DNA of 64,000 nucleotides from Kofleriaceae bacterium (GTDB lineage: Bacteria > Myxococcota_A > Polyangia > Haliangiales > Haliangiaceae): NCBI GenBank assembly GCA_020633495.1, contig JACKDR010000001.1, forward strand, positions 118,105-182,104, read 5' to 3'. Under the pieces are notes generated by a model. The model worked only from the letters and a program-made list of their open reading frames with translations, made no database searches and was not told where the DNA came from. Of this stretch, positions 26,804 through 35,776 are shown one piece after another. Made by a program: the position numbers and the translations under genes. Position 1 is the stretch's first letter, and every line of letters begins with the position of its first letter.

Positions 26804-29260
26804 GTGACTGCGCCGGCGCTGCCGTCGCGCGCCCGCGTCGTGGTGATCGGCGGCGGCATCATCGGCTGCTCGGTCGCCTACCACCTGGCCCACGCCGGGT
26901 GGGACGTCCTGGTGCTCGAGCGCGACCGCCTGACCTCGGGCACGACCTGGCACGCCGCCGGGCTGATGGTCACGTTCGGGTCGACGTCGGAGACCTCGAC
27001 CGAGATGCGCAAGTACACGCGCGATCTCTACGCCCGGCTCGAGGCCGAGACCGGCCAGGCCACCGGGTTCAAGCCGGTCGGGTTCATCGAGGTCGCCGCC
27101 GATCGCGACCGCCTCGAGGAGTACCGGCGGGTGTCGGCGTTCAACCGCCACTGCGGGGTCGACGTCGAGGAACTGTCCCCGGCGCAGGTCGGCGAGATGT
27201 TCCCGCTGGCCCGCACCGACGATCTGCTGGCCGGGTTCTACGTCGCCGGCGACGGCCGCGCCGACCCGGTCGACGTCACGATGGCGCTGGCCAAGGGCGC
27301 GCGTCAGCAGGGCGCGCGGATCGTCGAGGGCGTCGCGGTCACCGACGTCATCCGCAAGGGCCGCGCGGTGGCCGGCGTCCGCACCGCGCACGGCGACGTC
27401 GAGGCCGAGTACGTCGTCAACTGCGCCGGCATGTGGGCGCGCCAGCTCGGCGCCCGCCACGGCGTCAACATCCCGCTGCAGGCCGCCGAGCACTACTACC
27501 TGATCACCGAGAAGGTGCCGGGGCTGAGCGCGAGCTGGCCGGTGCTCGAGGATCCGGGGTCGCACGGCTACTTCCGCGAGGAGGTCGGCGGCCTGATGAT
27601 CGGCCTGTTCGAGCCGGTGTGCGCGCCGTGGCAGGTCGGCGGCGTGCCCGAGGACTTCTCGTTCGGCTCGCTGCCGCCCGACTGGGAGCGCATGGGGCCG
27701 TACCTCGAGCGCGCGATGCAGCGGGTCCCGGTGTCGATGGAGACCGGGGTCAAGAAGTTCTTCTGCGGGCCCGAGAGCTTCACGCCCGACCTGCAGCCGT
27801 GCGTCGGCGAGGCGCCGGAGCTGCGCAACTACTTCGTCGCCGCCGGCCTCAACTCGATCGGCATCCTCACCGGCGGCGGCCTCGGCCGGGTGCTGGCGCA
27901 CTGGATCATGACCGGCCGGCCCGACGTCGACGTCACCGGCTTCAACGTCGATCGCCTGCACACCTACCAGGCCAACCCCGAGTACCGGCGGACCCGCACC
28001 GTCGAGTCGCTGGGCATGGTCTACCAGTGCCACTACCCGACCCGGTCGATGCGGACCGCGCGCGGCGCCAAGACCTCGGCGTTCCACGACCGCCTGGCGG
28101 CGCGCGGCGCGTTCTTCCGCGACGTCAGCGGCTGGGAGGGCGCCGACTGGTACGCGCCCGCCGGGCAGGTCGCCGAGGAGGGCGCGCTCACCTGGGGCCG
28201 GCCCCACTGGTTCGACAGCTGGGCGGCGGAGCACCGCGCCGCGCGCGACGGCGTGATCCTGATGGACATGTCGTTCATGTCGAAGTTCCTGGTCCAGGGC
28301 CGCGACGCCGGCCGGGCGCTCGACTGGATCTCGGCCAACCACGTCGACGGCGACGCCGGCCAGATCACGTACACGCAGTGGCTCGACGACGCCGGCAAGC
28401 TGCAGGCCGACCTCACGGTGACCAAGCTCGACGACGAGCGGTTCTGGGTGGTCGCCTCCGACACCGCGCACGGCCACGTCCAGGCGTGGATGCGGCGCCA
28501 CCTCGCGCGCGACGCCCACGCCTTCGTCACCGACGTCACCTCGGGGCACGCCCAGCTCAACGTCCAGGGCCCGCGCTCGCGCGAGCTGTTGCAGGCGGTG
28601 ACCAGCGTCGACCTGTCGAACGCGGCGTTCCCGTTCCGCGCCGCGCGCGAGATCGACATCGGCTTCGCGCGGGTCTTGTGCGTGCGGATCACCTACCTGG
28701 GCGAGCTCGGCTACGAGCTGTACATCCCGACCGAGCAGGCGACCCACGTCTACGACCGCCTGGTCGCCGCCGGCGAGCCGTTCGGCCTGCGCCACGCCGG
28801 GCTCAAGGCGCTGGCCAGCCTGCGGCTCGAGAAGGCCTACCGCGACTGGGGCCACGACGTCGACAACACCGACACCGTCCTCGAGGCCGGGCTCGGCTTC
28901 GCCGTCGATCTGACGAAGCCGGGCGGCTTCCTCGGCAAGGACGCGGTGGTGGCACAGAAGGCGGCCGGGCCGCTGCACAAGCGCCTGGTCCAGGTGCTGG
29001 TGCAGGATCCGACGCCCCTGATGTTCCACGCCGAGATCGTCCACCGCGACGACCGCGCGGTCGGCTACGTGCGCGCGGCGTCGTACGGCCACACCCTGGG
29101 CGGCGCGGTCGGCCTGGCGATGATCGAGGCCGACGAGCCGATCGACGCCGCGTGGCTCGCGCGCGGCCGCTGGGAGATCGACATCGCCGGCGTCCGCTAC
29201 CCGGCGGTGGCGTCGCTGCGGCCGCTCTACGATCCGAAGAACGAGCGGGTCAAGGCGTAG
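26804..29260 (+). CDS. FAD-dependent oxidoreductase fused to GcvT-like aminomethyltransferase domain (dimethylglycine/sarcosine dehydrogenase family)
   Basis: An N-terminal DAO-type FAD motif (VVVIGGGIIGCSVAYHLA) is joined to a C-terminal folate-binding GcvT-like domain. The ORF is clean at 818 aa. Confidence 0.8.
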   Translation: MTAPALPSRARVVVIGGGIIGCSVAYHLAHAGWDVLVLERDRLTSGTTWHAAGLMVTFGSTSETSTEMRKYTRDLYARLEAETGQATGFKPVGFIEVAADRDRLEEYRRVSAFNRHCGVDVEELSPAQVGEMFPLARTDDLLAGFYVAGDGRADPVDVTMALAKGARQQGARIVEGVAVTDVIRKGRAVAGVRTAHGDVEAEYVVNCAGMWARQLGARHGVNIPLQAAEHYYLITEKVPGLSASWPVLEDPGSHGYFREEVGGLMIGLFEPVCAPWQVGGVPEDFSFGSLPPDWERMGPYLERAMQRVPVSMETGVKKFFCGPESFTPDLQPCVGEAPELRNYFVAAGLNSIGILTGGGLGRVLAHWIMTGRPDVDVTGFNVDRLHTYQANPEYRRTRTVESLGMVYQCHYPTRSMRTARGAKTSAFHDRLAARGAFFRDVSGWEGADWYAPAGQVAEEGALTWGRPHWFDSWAAEHRAARDGVILMDMSFMSKFLVQGRDAGRALDWISANHVDGDAGQITYTQWLDDAGKLQADLTVTKLDDERFWVVASDTAHGHVQAWMRRHLARDAHAFVTDVTSGHAQLNVQGPRSRELLQAVTSVDLSNAAFPFRAAREIDIGFARVLCVRITYLGELGYELYIPTEQATHVYDRLVAAGEPFGLRHAGLKALASLRLEKAYRDWGHDVDNTDTVLEAGLGFAVDLTKPGGFLGKDAVVAQKAAGPLHKRLVQVLVQDPTPLMFHAEIVHRDDRAVGYVRAASYGHTLGGAVGLAMIEADEPIDAAWLARGRWEIDIAGVRYPAVASLRPLYDPKNERVKA

Positions 29261-29356
29261 GCCACCGCGGCAGGAGCGTCGTCGACGGCCGCCGCGGGAG
29301 CGTCGTCGAGGGCCGCCGCAGGAGCGTCGTCGACGGCCGCCGCAGGAGCGTCGTCC
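29261..29356. repeat. tandem 24-nt repeat (x4), unit approx GGCCGCCGCAGGAGCGTCGTCGAC
   Basis: Four head-to-tail copies with 1-2 mismatches sit directly after the stop of the upstream dehydrogenase. Confidence 0.7.
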
Positions 29357-29600
29357 CTTCGCTCACCCCGAGCGAAGGGGGAGGTGCGCAGCACCGAGCG
29401 GATCAAGGCGTCGCTCGCGGGCGGCGGCCGCCGCGCTTCGCTCACCCCGAGCGAAGGGGGAGGTGCGCAGCACCGACCCCGGCGTCGAGGGGGCGGGCGC
29501 CGCGCCGCGCCCCGCGTCGACCGGCGGCGCACCGATCCACCCCCCCTCGACTTCGCCCTCGCGGCTGCGCCGCTCGGGCTCCGCTCGGGGTGAGCGTGCG
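29354..29600. repeat. REP-like palindromic elements: two direct copies of an approx 43-nt unit (CCCTTCGCTC-ACCCC-GAGCGAAGGG + GGAGGTGCGCAGCACCGA) and one inverted partial copy
   Basis: Near-identical units lie at about 29354-29398 and 29443-29478. Each contains a 10-bp stem around an ACCCC loop. The core CGCTCACCCCGAGCG recurs in reverse orientation at about 29582-29596. Confidence 0.65.
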
Positions 29601-29606
29601 GGGCAA

Positions 29607-29818
29607 CCGACGACGACACCGACGAAACCGACGACACCGATGACGCCGACGACAGCGACGACACCGACGACACCGACGACGCCGACGACACCGACGACAC
29701 CGACGACACCGACGACACCGACGACACCGACGACACCGACGACACCGACGACGCTGACGACACCGACGACACCGACGACACCGACGACACCGACGACACC
29801 GATGACACCGACGACGAC
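29607..29818. repeat. tandem 9-nt repeat array (approx 23 units, CGACGACAC/ACGACACCG with point variants)
   Basis: The array reads as (Pro-Thr-Thr)n or (Ser-Val-Ser)n in the listed ORFs. It sits between two convergent stop codons (29260 and 29824), so it is most likely non-coding. Confidence 0.7.
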
Positions 29819-29823
29819 GCGGG

Positions 29824-30456
29824 CTACCGCCGGGCGCCGGCGCGGCCGCGCAGCTGGCGGAGCCGGGTGTGCTCCTCGCGCTCGCGCTCGTCGAGGGCGC
29901 GGCCGATCGCGGCGATGCGGTCGCGCAGCGCCGGGGCGACGCGCTGCTCGAGGGTGTGCAGCTGCCGCGAGGTGCGCGCCAGGGCCTGGCCGAGCGAGCG
30001 GACGTGGAGCTCGCGCGACGCGGCGTCGAGCAGGACCGCGGCGAGCCGCTCGAACCGGTTGGCGGCCTCGAACAGCGCCGGGCCGGTCGCGCCCGGCGCG
30101 GTGCCGCGCGCGGCCAGGCCGCGGTCCCACACCGGCAGCTCGGCGAGGCGCGGCACGGTCACGCCCCAGACCCGCGTCACCTCGACGTCGACGACCAGCT
30201 CGCGCGACGGCCAGCCGGTCGCGGCCACCGCGCCGGCGCCGTCGATCGCGAGGGCGTCGAGCTCGGCGCGGTACGCGGCCGCGGCGGCGTCGCCGATGAC
30301 GCGGCGGGCGTCGGCCGCCGGCTGGGCCAGCGGGAACAGCTCGCGGACCAGCGCCTCGCGCTTGCGGCGCAGCAGCGCCGCGCCCTTGGCGACGCGCGCC
30401 AGCAGGCGCCGGCTGCGCAGCAGCTCGGCCCGGGTCGGCGCCGCCCGCGCCCTCAC
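29824..30456 (-). CDS. atpD: V/A-type ATP synthase subunit D
   Basis: GTG 30456 is preceded by GGGGAGGG. The N-terminus VRARAARPTRAELLRSRRLLARVAKGAALLRRKREAL is typical of subunit D. The start overlaps the B stop as GTGA. Confidence 0.8.
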   Translation of the reverse strand: MRARAAPTRAELLRSRRLLARVAKGAALLRRKREALVRELFPLAQPAADARRVIGDAAAAAYRAELDALAIDGAGAVAATGWPSRELVVDVEVTRVWGVTVPRLAELPVWDRGLAARGTAPGATGPALFEAANRFERLAAVLLDAASRELHVRSLGQALARTSRQLHTLEQRVAPALRDRIAAIGRALDEREREEHTRLRQLRGRAGARR

Positions 30457-31841
30457 GCGCCCTCCCCGGCCGCGGCGCCGGGCCGACGCGCCCAGGTGTC
30501 GTCGTCGAGGCGCTCGAGATCGTCGCGCGGCAGCGACTCGAGCAGGCGCCAGCCGGCCGCGATCGTGTCGGCGATCGTCCGCCGGGTCGCGCCCTGGCCG
30601 ACCAGCTCGCGCTCGAACCGGGTCGCGAAGCCGAGGGCGCGACGATCCGGATCGCTGAGCCCGGCCTCGCCGACGATCGTCGCCATCATCCGGGCCTCGC
30701 GGCCGCGCGCGTAGCTGGCGTACAGCTGGTCGGCCCAGCGCCGGTGCTCGCGCGCGGTCTTGCCGGCGCCGATGCCGGCGTTCATCAGCCGCGACAGCGA
30801 CGGCAGCACGTCGATCGGCGGGAACACGCCCTGGGCGTGCAGCTCGCGCGACAGCACGACCTGGCCCTCGGTGATGTAGCCGGTGAGATCCGGGATCGGG
30901 TGGGTGATGTCGTCGTCGGGCATCGTCAGGATCGGCAGCTGCGTCAGCGAGCCCGCGCGGCCCTGCAGCACGCCGGCGCGCTCGAACAGCGTCGCCAGGT
31001 CGGTGTACATGTAGCCGGGGTAGCCGCGCCGCCCCGGCACCTCGTCGCGCGCCGCCGCGACCTGGCGCAGCGTCTCGCAGTAGTGCGCGACGTCGGCCAT
31101 GACCACGAGGACGTGCATGCCGGCCTCGAAGGCGAGGAACTCGGCCTGGGCCAGCGCGTAGCGCGGCGTCAAGAGCTGCTCGATCGTCGGATCGCGGGTC
31201 TCGTTGAGGTACAGCACGCTGCGCGCCATCGCCGGGCTGTCGCGGAACCGCTCGACGAACAGCCGGGTCTCGCGCGCGGTGATGCCGATCGCGGCGAACA
31301 CCACCGCGAACGGCTCGCCGCCGCCGGCGCGGGCGTGCTCGACGATCTGCGCGGCCAGCTCCAGCGCCGGCAGGCCGGCGCCCGAGAACACCGGCAGCTT
31401 CTGGCCGCGGACCAGCGTATTGAGGCCGTCGATCGCGCTGACCCCGGTCTCGATGACGTCGCCGGGCGGGTGGCGCCGCGCCGGGTTCATCGGCGCGCCC
31501 CACACCGGCCGCAGCGCCTCGCCGATCGGCGCCGGCAGGCCGTCGAGCGGCGCGCCGACGCCGGTGAGCGTGCGCCCCAGCAGATCGCGCCCGACCGGCG
31601 CCTCGGCGACCGCGCCGGTCAGCGTGATCGTCACCCGCGCCGGCGACAGCCCCTGCGGATCCTCGAGGATCTGGATCACCGTGACGCCGTCGCCGGCGTC
31701 GATGACCTGGCCGCGCCGCGCCGGCTGCCCCGGCTGGGTCAGCTCGACGACCTCGCCCATCGCGGCGCCGCGGGCGTCGTCGAGGAACAAGAGCGCGCCG
31801 GCCAGGGCGCGCGCGCCGCGATGGTGGCGGACCGCGATCAC
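30453..31841 (-). CDS. atpB: V/A-type ATP synthase subunit B
   Basis: GTG 31841 is preceded by GGGAGGTG and overlaps the A stop. The sequence is strongly subunit-B-like (GQKLPVFSGAGLP, RGYPGYMYTDLATLFERAG). Confidence 0.85.
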   Translation of the reverse strand: MIAVRHHRGARALAGALLFLDDARGAAMGEVVELTQPGQPARRGQVIDAGDGVTVIQILEDPQGLSPARVTITLTGAVAEAPVGRDLLGRTLTGVGAPLDGLPAPIGEALRPVWGAPMNPARRHPPGDVIETGVSAIDGLNTLVRGQKLPVFSGAGLPALELAAQIVEHARAGGGEPFAVVFAAIGITARETRLFVERFRDSPAMARSVLYLNETRDPTIEQLLTPRYALAQAEFLAFEAGMHVLVVMADVAHYCETLRQVAAARDEVPGRRGYPGYMYTDLATLFERAGVLQGRAGSLTQLPILTMPDDDITHPIPDLTGYITEGQVVLSRELHAQGVFPPIDVLPSLSRLMNAGIGAGKTAREHRRWADQLYASYARGREARMMATIVGEAGLSDPDRRALGFATRFERELVGQGATRRTIADTIAAGWRLLESLPRDDLERLDDDTWARRPGAAAGEGA

Positions 31842-33622
31842 GGGGCACCTCCCGCGGGCCGGCGGTGCAGCGCCGCGATCGCGGCCTCGACCGCGGCGGC
31901 GCGCGCCGGCAGCTCGTCGCCGGGGCCGGTCCGCAGCGCCGCGAACGCGCGCCGCACCGCGACCAGCTCGAGCTCGTCGATCGTGGCGCCGGCGTCGAGC
32001 GCGGCCTCGGCGGCGTCGAGCGTGGCGACCGCGAGCTGCGCCATGCACCCGGTCTTCTCGACCGACGACGACGCGTCGTTGGGGTCGAACGCGCTCTGCC
32101 CCAGCAGGTGCTCGCGCACCATGCGCGCGACCTCGATCGTCGCGCGGTCGCGATCCTGCAGGGCCTCGTGGCCGAGCAGGCCGGCGATCTCGCGCAGCTC
32201 GGCGTCGCGCTGCAGCAGCCCGAGCACGCGCGCGCGCAGCTCGGCCCACGGCACGCCGGCGCGCTCGGTCAGCCACGACGCGGTGGCGTCGACGTACAGC
32301 GAGTAGCTGGTGGCCCAGTCGACCGCCGGGAACTGGCGCTTCTGGGCCAGCGCCGGATCGAGCGCCCACAGCCCGCCCGCGACCCGCAGCGACGCCTGGG
32401 TCACCGGCTCGGCGAAGTCGCCGCCCGGCGGCGACACCGCGCACACCAGCGACACCGCGCCGGTGCGCGCCGGCGTGCCGTGGACGCGGGCCCGGCCGGC
32501 CCGCTCGTAGAGCTGGCCGAGGCGGCTGGCCAGGTGGGTCGGGTAGCCCTCCTCGCCCGGCATCTCCTGCAGCCGCGCCGCGATGTCGCGCAGCGCCTCG
32601 GCCCACCGCGACAGGCTGTCGACCATGACCGCGACCCGGTAGCCCATGTCGCGGTAGTACTCGGCGATCGACACGCCGAGGTAGACCGAAGCCTCGCGCG
32701 CGACCACCGGCATGTTCGAGGTGTTGACGATCAGCACGGTGCGCTCCATGACCGGGCGGCCGGAGCGCGGATCGACCAGGCGCGGGAACTCCTGCACCAC
32801 CTCGGCCATCTCGTTGCCGCGCTCGCCGCAGCCGACGAAGACGACGACGTCGGCGGCGGCGTGGCGGGCCAGGCCGTGCTCGATCACGGTCTTGCCGGTG
32901 CCGAACCCGCCGGGCACCGCGATCGTCCCGCCCTCGGCGAGGGGGAACAGCAGATCAAAGACGCGCTGGCCGGTGACCAGCGGCCGGTCGGCGGGCAGCC
33001 GCTCGGCCACCGGGCGCGGCTGCCGCAACGGCCAGCGCTGGGCCAACCGCACCACCGTGCCGTCGCCGAGGCGGCCGACCGGCTCGTCGACGGTGACGTC
33101 GCCGCCGCGCAGCTCGACGACCTCGCCGCCGGCGCCGGGCGGGACCAGGACGCGGTGCTCGAAGCCCGGCTGCTCCTCGACGACGCCGAGCAGGTCGCCG
33201 GCGGCGACCTGATCGCCGACCGCGGCGCGCGGCTCGAAGCGCCAGCGCCGCGCCGGATCGAGGGTCGGCGCCGCGGCGCCCGGCGCGACGAAGTCGCCGC
33301 TGGCCGCAGCCAGCTCGCGCAGCGGCCGGCCGACGCCGTCGAGGATCGCGCCGAGCAGGCCGGGGCCGAGCGCGACGGTCAGCGGCGCGCCGGTGGCCAC
33401 CACCGGGGCGCCCAGCGCCAGCCCGGTGGTGTCCTCGTAGATCTGCAGCACCGCGGCGTCACCGGTGAACCGGATGATCTCGCCGAGCAGGCCGTGGGCG
33501 CCGACCCGGACCAGCTCGTAGAGCCCGGCGTCGCGCAGCGGCCGGGCCTCGGCGAGCGTGCCGGTGACCCGGGTCAGGACCGCGCCCGGCGTCGCGGTCG
33601 TCGTCGTCGTCGCGCTGGTCAT
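31838..33622 (-). CDS. atpA: V/A-type ATP synthase catalytic subunit A
   Basis: A P-loop GGFGTGKT is present, with GER...E and a conserved C-terminal region. ATG 33622 overlaps the F stop as ATGA. Confidence 0.85.
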   Translation of the reverse strand: MTSATTTTTATPGAVLTRVTGTLAEARPLRDAGLYELVRVGAHGLLGEIIRFTGDAAVLQIYEDTTGLALGAPVVATGAPLTVALGPGLLGAILDGVGRPLRELAAASGDFVAPGAAAPTLDPARRWRFEPRAAVGDQVAAGDLLGVVEEQPGFEHRVLVPPGAGGEVVELRGGDVTVDEPVGRLGDGTVVRLAQRWPLRQPRPVAERLPADRPLVTGQRVFDLLFPLAEGGTIAVPGGFGTGKTVIEHGLARHAAADVVVFVGCGERGNEMAEVVQEFPRLVDPRSGRPVMERTVLIVNTSNMPVVAREASVYLGVSIAEYYRDMGYRVAVMVDSLSRWAEALRDIAARLQEMPGEEGYPTHLASRLGQLYERAGRARVHGTPARTGAVSLVCAVSPPGGDFAEPVTQASLRVAGGLWALDPALAQKRQFPAVDWATSYSLYVDATASWLTERAGVPWAELRARVLGLLQRDAELREIAGLLGHEALQDRDRATIEVARMVREHLLGQSAFDPNDASSSVEKTGCMAQLAVATLDAAEAALDAGATIDELELVAVRRAFAALRTGPGDELPARAAAVEAAIAALHRRPAGGAP

Positions 33623-33951
33623 CGCAACCTCAGGCGGTAGCCGACCGACTGCCGCAGGATCTCCAGCAGCTCCTCCTCGGGCGCCGGCCCGGCCGCGCCG
33701 AGCGCCGGTCCCGGGAACGGCATCAGGATCGGCGTGCCGTCGCGGCGCAGCTGGCGCCGCAGCGGTGCCGGCAGCGCGTCGTAGAGCGCGCGCTCGATCA
33801 GGATCACGCCGCCGTGATCGGCGCGGCGCGCCAGCCGCGTCACCGCCGCCGCCGCCGCCGCGCCGTCGGCGACCTCGGTGCACGCCAGGCCGGCCAGGCC
33901 CAGGCCCAGCGCCGCCGGGCGCCGCGCGATCGCGTGGATCGGCGCCTTCAT
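33619..33951 (-). CDS. atpF: V/A-type ATP synthase subunit F
   Basis: ATG 33951 is preceded by GGGAGG. The protein is 110 aa (MKAPIHAIARRPAALGLGLAGLACTEVADG...GVILIERALYDALP...). The remainder of its long ORF upstream is junk. Confidence 0.7.
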   Translation of the reverse strand: MKAPIHAIARRPAALGLGLAGLACTEVADGAAAAAAVTRLARRADHGGVILIERALYDALPAPLRRQLRRDGTPILMPFPGPALGAAGPAPEEELLEILRQSVGYRLRLR

Positions 33952-34933
33952 CGGCCGCCTCCCATCGCGACCCGCCACGCGGCGCGGCGGACGCGCCGGA
34001 CCTCGGCGCGGCGCCGCAGCACCAGCCACACCACCGCCGCCGGCCCGGCCGGATCGACGACGCGCAGCCGCCGCTGGGTCTCGAGGTGCCAGCGCAGCGC
34101 CGCGCGATCGAGCGCGTCGGCGTCGCCGCCGCGCAGCGCGCCGACCAGCGGCGTGCCGACGAAGACGCCGGCCAGGACGTCGCGCGCGCCCTCGACTGGC
34201 CGGCCGCGGCGGCGCGGAACGCGGCGCGCCCGAGGTGGCCCCGCCCGGCACCATCGCGGCGGCGACGTCGACGTCGCCCCGCGCCGCCAGCATCAGCGCG
34301 GCGCCGGCGTTCTCGACGTCGACGACCTGGGCGACGTGGACCGCCAGCGGCCCGGCCGGGGCGCCGGCGCGGGCCCGCCGCGCGAACGCGCGCGCCATCG
34401 CGTGCTCGGCCGCGTACAGGTCGACCGGCGCGTGCGCCAGCGGCGTCGCCAGCGCCGCGGCCAGCGGGTGACCTCGCCGGCGCAGCCGCGCCACCAGGTC
34501 GGCGGGCGAGGCCGCGGCGGCCAGCTCGCGCAGCTCGGCGTCAGGCAAGCGCGGCGTCGGGATCGCGGCGGCCAGGCGCGCCGCGATCGGCGCGCCGGCG
34601 GCGAGACCGCGGATCAGGGCGCGCAGGGCGCGCCGGTCCTCGTCGTCGAGGATCACCGCCAGCGCGCGCTCGGCGGCGGCGCCGGCGCCGCAGGCCCAGC
34701 GCGCCAGCGCGGTCAGATCGTCGCCGGCGCGGGCCAGCGCGGCGGCCTCGATCGCCCTCGGGCGAGCCGTCGCCGAGGATCGCGCGCGGGAAGCTGGCGC
34801 GATCGAGCGCGGCGACCAGCGCGCCGCGATCGGCGGCGTCGTCGACCGCGCCGAGCGCGTCGTCGTCGACGAGGTGGGTGCCCAGGCCGTGCGCCCGCGC
34901 CGCCACCGCGACCCACGTGCCGGCGCCGGTCAC
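33948..34933 (-). CDS. atpC: V/A-type ATP synthase subunit C (d-type); span not a multiple of 3, at least 2 internal frameshifts
   Basis: GTG 34933 is preceded by GGGGAGGG and overlaps the E stop as GTGA. The N-terminal part (VTGAGTWVAVAARAHGLGTHLVDDDALGAVDDAADRGALVAALDRASFPRAILGD) is in one frame. The middle part (...HAMARAFARRARAG...VDVENAGAALMLAARGD) is in the subunit-F frame. The C-terminus is inferred to end at the TGA overlapping atpF's ATG. Confidence 0.5.
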
Positions 34934-35538
34934 GCCGCGCCCTCCCCGGCCGGCGTCGGCGCCGCGGCGGGCGCCGCCTCGACGCGCAGCCGCGGCCACC
35001 ACCGCGCCAGCAGCGTCGTCAAGCGTCGCGTCGATCGTGACCCGGCCGCCGTCGAGCTCGACGCGCACGCCGGTCGTGACCTCAGGATCGGCGACGACCC
35101 GCAGCGCTGGCGCCCCGGTCGCGGCGAGCCGCGCCTGCACCGCCGCCAGCCGCGCCGGCGCGCACCGGACCTCGCCCGCCGCGCCGCCGGCGCCGCGACC
35201 GCGCCGGCGACCAGCGCGTCGCGCAGCCGCGCCCCGGCGTCGCCGTCGAGCAGCCCCGGCAGCGCCGCCTCGAGCGCGGCGCGGACCCGCGCCAGGGCGG
35301 CGGCCCGCGCGGTCAGGACCTCGGCGTGGACCCGGCGCGCCACCGTCGCCACCGCCGCGTCGGCCTCGGCCTGGCGGCCGATGCGATAGGCCTCGATCTC
35401 GGCGGCGGTGTCGGCGTCCCGGCGCGCCGTCGCGTCGGCGATCAGGCGCGCCGCGTCGACGCGCCCGGCCTCGCGGATCGCGTCGGCGTCGGCCGCGGCC
35501 TCGGCCTCGAGCGCGCGCAGGAGCTCGGCGATCGCCAT
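34930..35538 (-). CDS. atpE: V/A-type ATP synthase subunit E; central ~60 codons in another frame (two compensating shifts)
   Basis: The N-terminus MAIAELLRALEAEAAADADAIREAGRVDAARL... and the C-terminus (...LLARWWPRLRVEAAPAAAPTPAGEGAA*) are in ORF 34930..35538. The conserved middle segment (EVRCAPARLAAVQARL...VRVELDGGRVTIDATLDDAA) is in the frame of ORF 34541..35755. Confidence 0.6.
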   Translation of the reverse strand: MAIAELLRALEAEAAADADAIREAGRVDAARLIADATARRDADTAAEIEAYRIGRQAEADAAVATVARRVHAEVLTARAAALARVRAALEAALPGLLDGDAGARLRDALVAGAVAAPAARRARSGARRRGWRRCRRGSPRPGRQRCGSSPILRSRPACASSSTAAGSRSTRRLTTLLARWWPRLRVEAAPAAAPTPAGEGAA

Positions 35539-35547
35539 GGCGCGACC

Positions 35548-35766
35548 TCAGCCCCCTCGCAGGACGATCAGCACCGCGACGACGAAGCCCAGGATCACCA
35601 TCGTCTCGGGGATGGCGACCAGCAGCACCGCGGTGGTGCGCAGCTCGGGCTTCTCGGCGAGCGCGCCCGCGACCGCCGCGCCGATGCGGGACTGGGCCCA
35701 GGCGGTGGCGAGCGCGCTGCCGGTGATGGCGAGGGCGGCTCCGACGGCGATCCACAGGGCTTCCAT
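35548..35766 (-). CDS. atpK: V/A-type ATP synthase subunit K (proteolipid, c-subunit)
   Basis: ATG 35766 is preceded by GGAGG. The protein MEALWIAVGAALAITGSALATAWAQSRIGAAVAGALAEKPELRTTAVLLVAIPETMVILGFVVAVLIVLRGG is a two-helix hairpin with the conserved Glu. Confidence 0.75.
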   Translation of the reverse strand: MEALWIAVGAALAITGSALATAWAQSRIGAAVAGALAEKPELRTTAVLLVAIPETMVILGFVVAVLIVLRGG

Positions 35767-35776
35767 GACAGGCCTC

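Noticed and set aside
29607-29818. Possible CRISPR array
   Set aside because: The 9-nt units are far too short and there are no spacers between them. This is a simple tandem (minisatellite-like) repeat.
29463-30299. ORF encoding (Pro-Thr-Thr)n across the 9-nt repeat array, and minus-strand (Ser-Val-Ser)n / (Val-Val-Gly)n ORFs
   Set aside because: There is no credible start context and no flanking domain. These ORFs run into the atpD gene on the other strand. They exist only because a 9-nt unit keeps every frame open.
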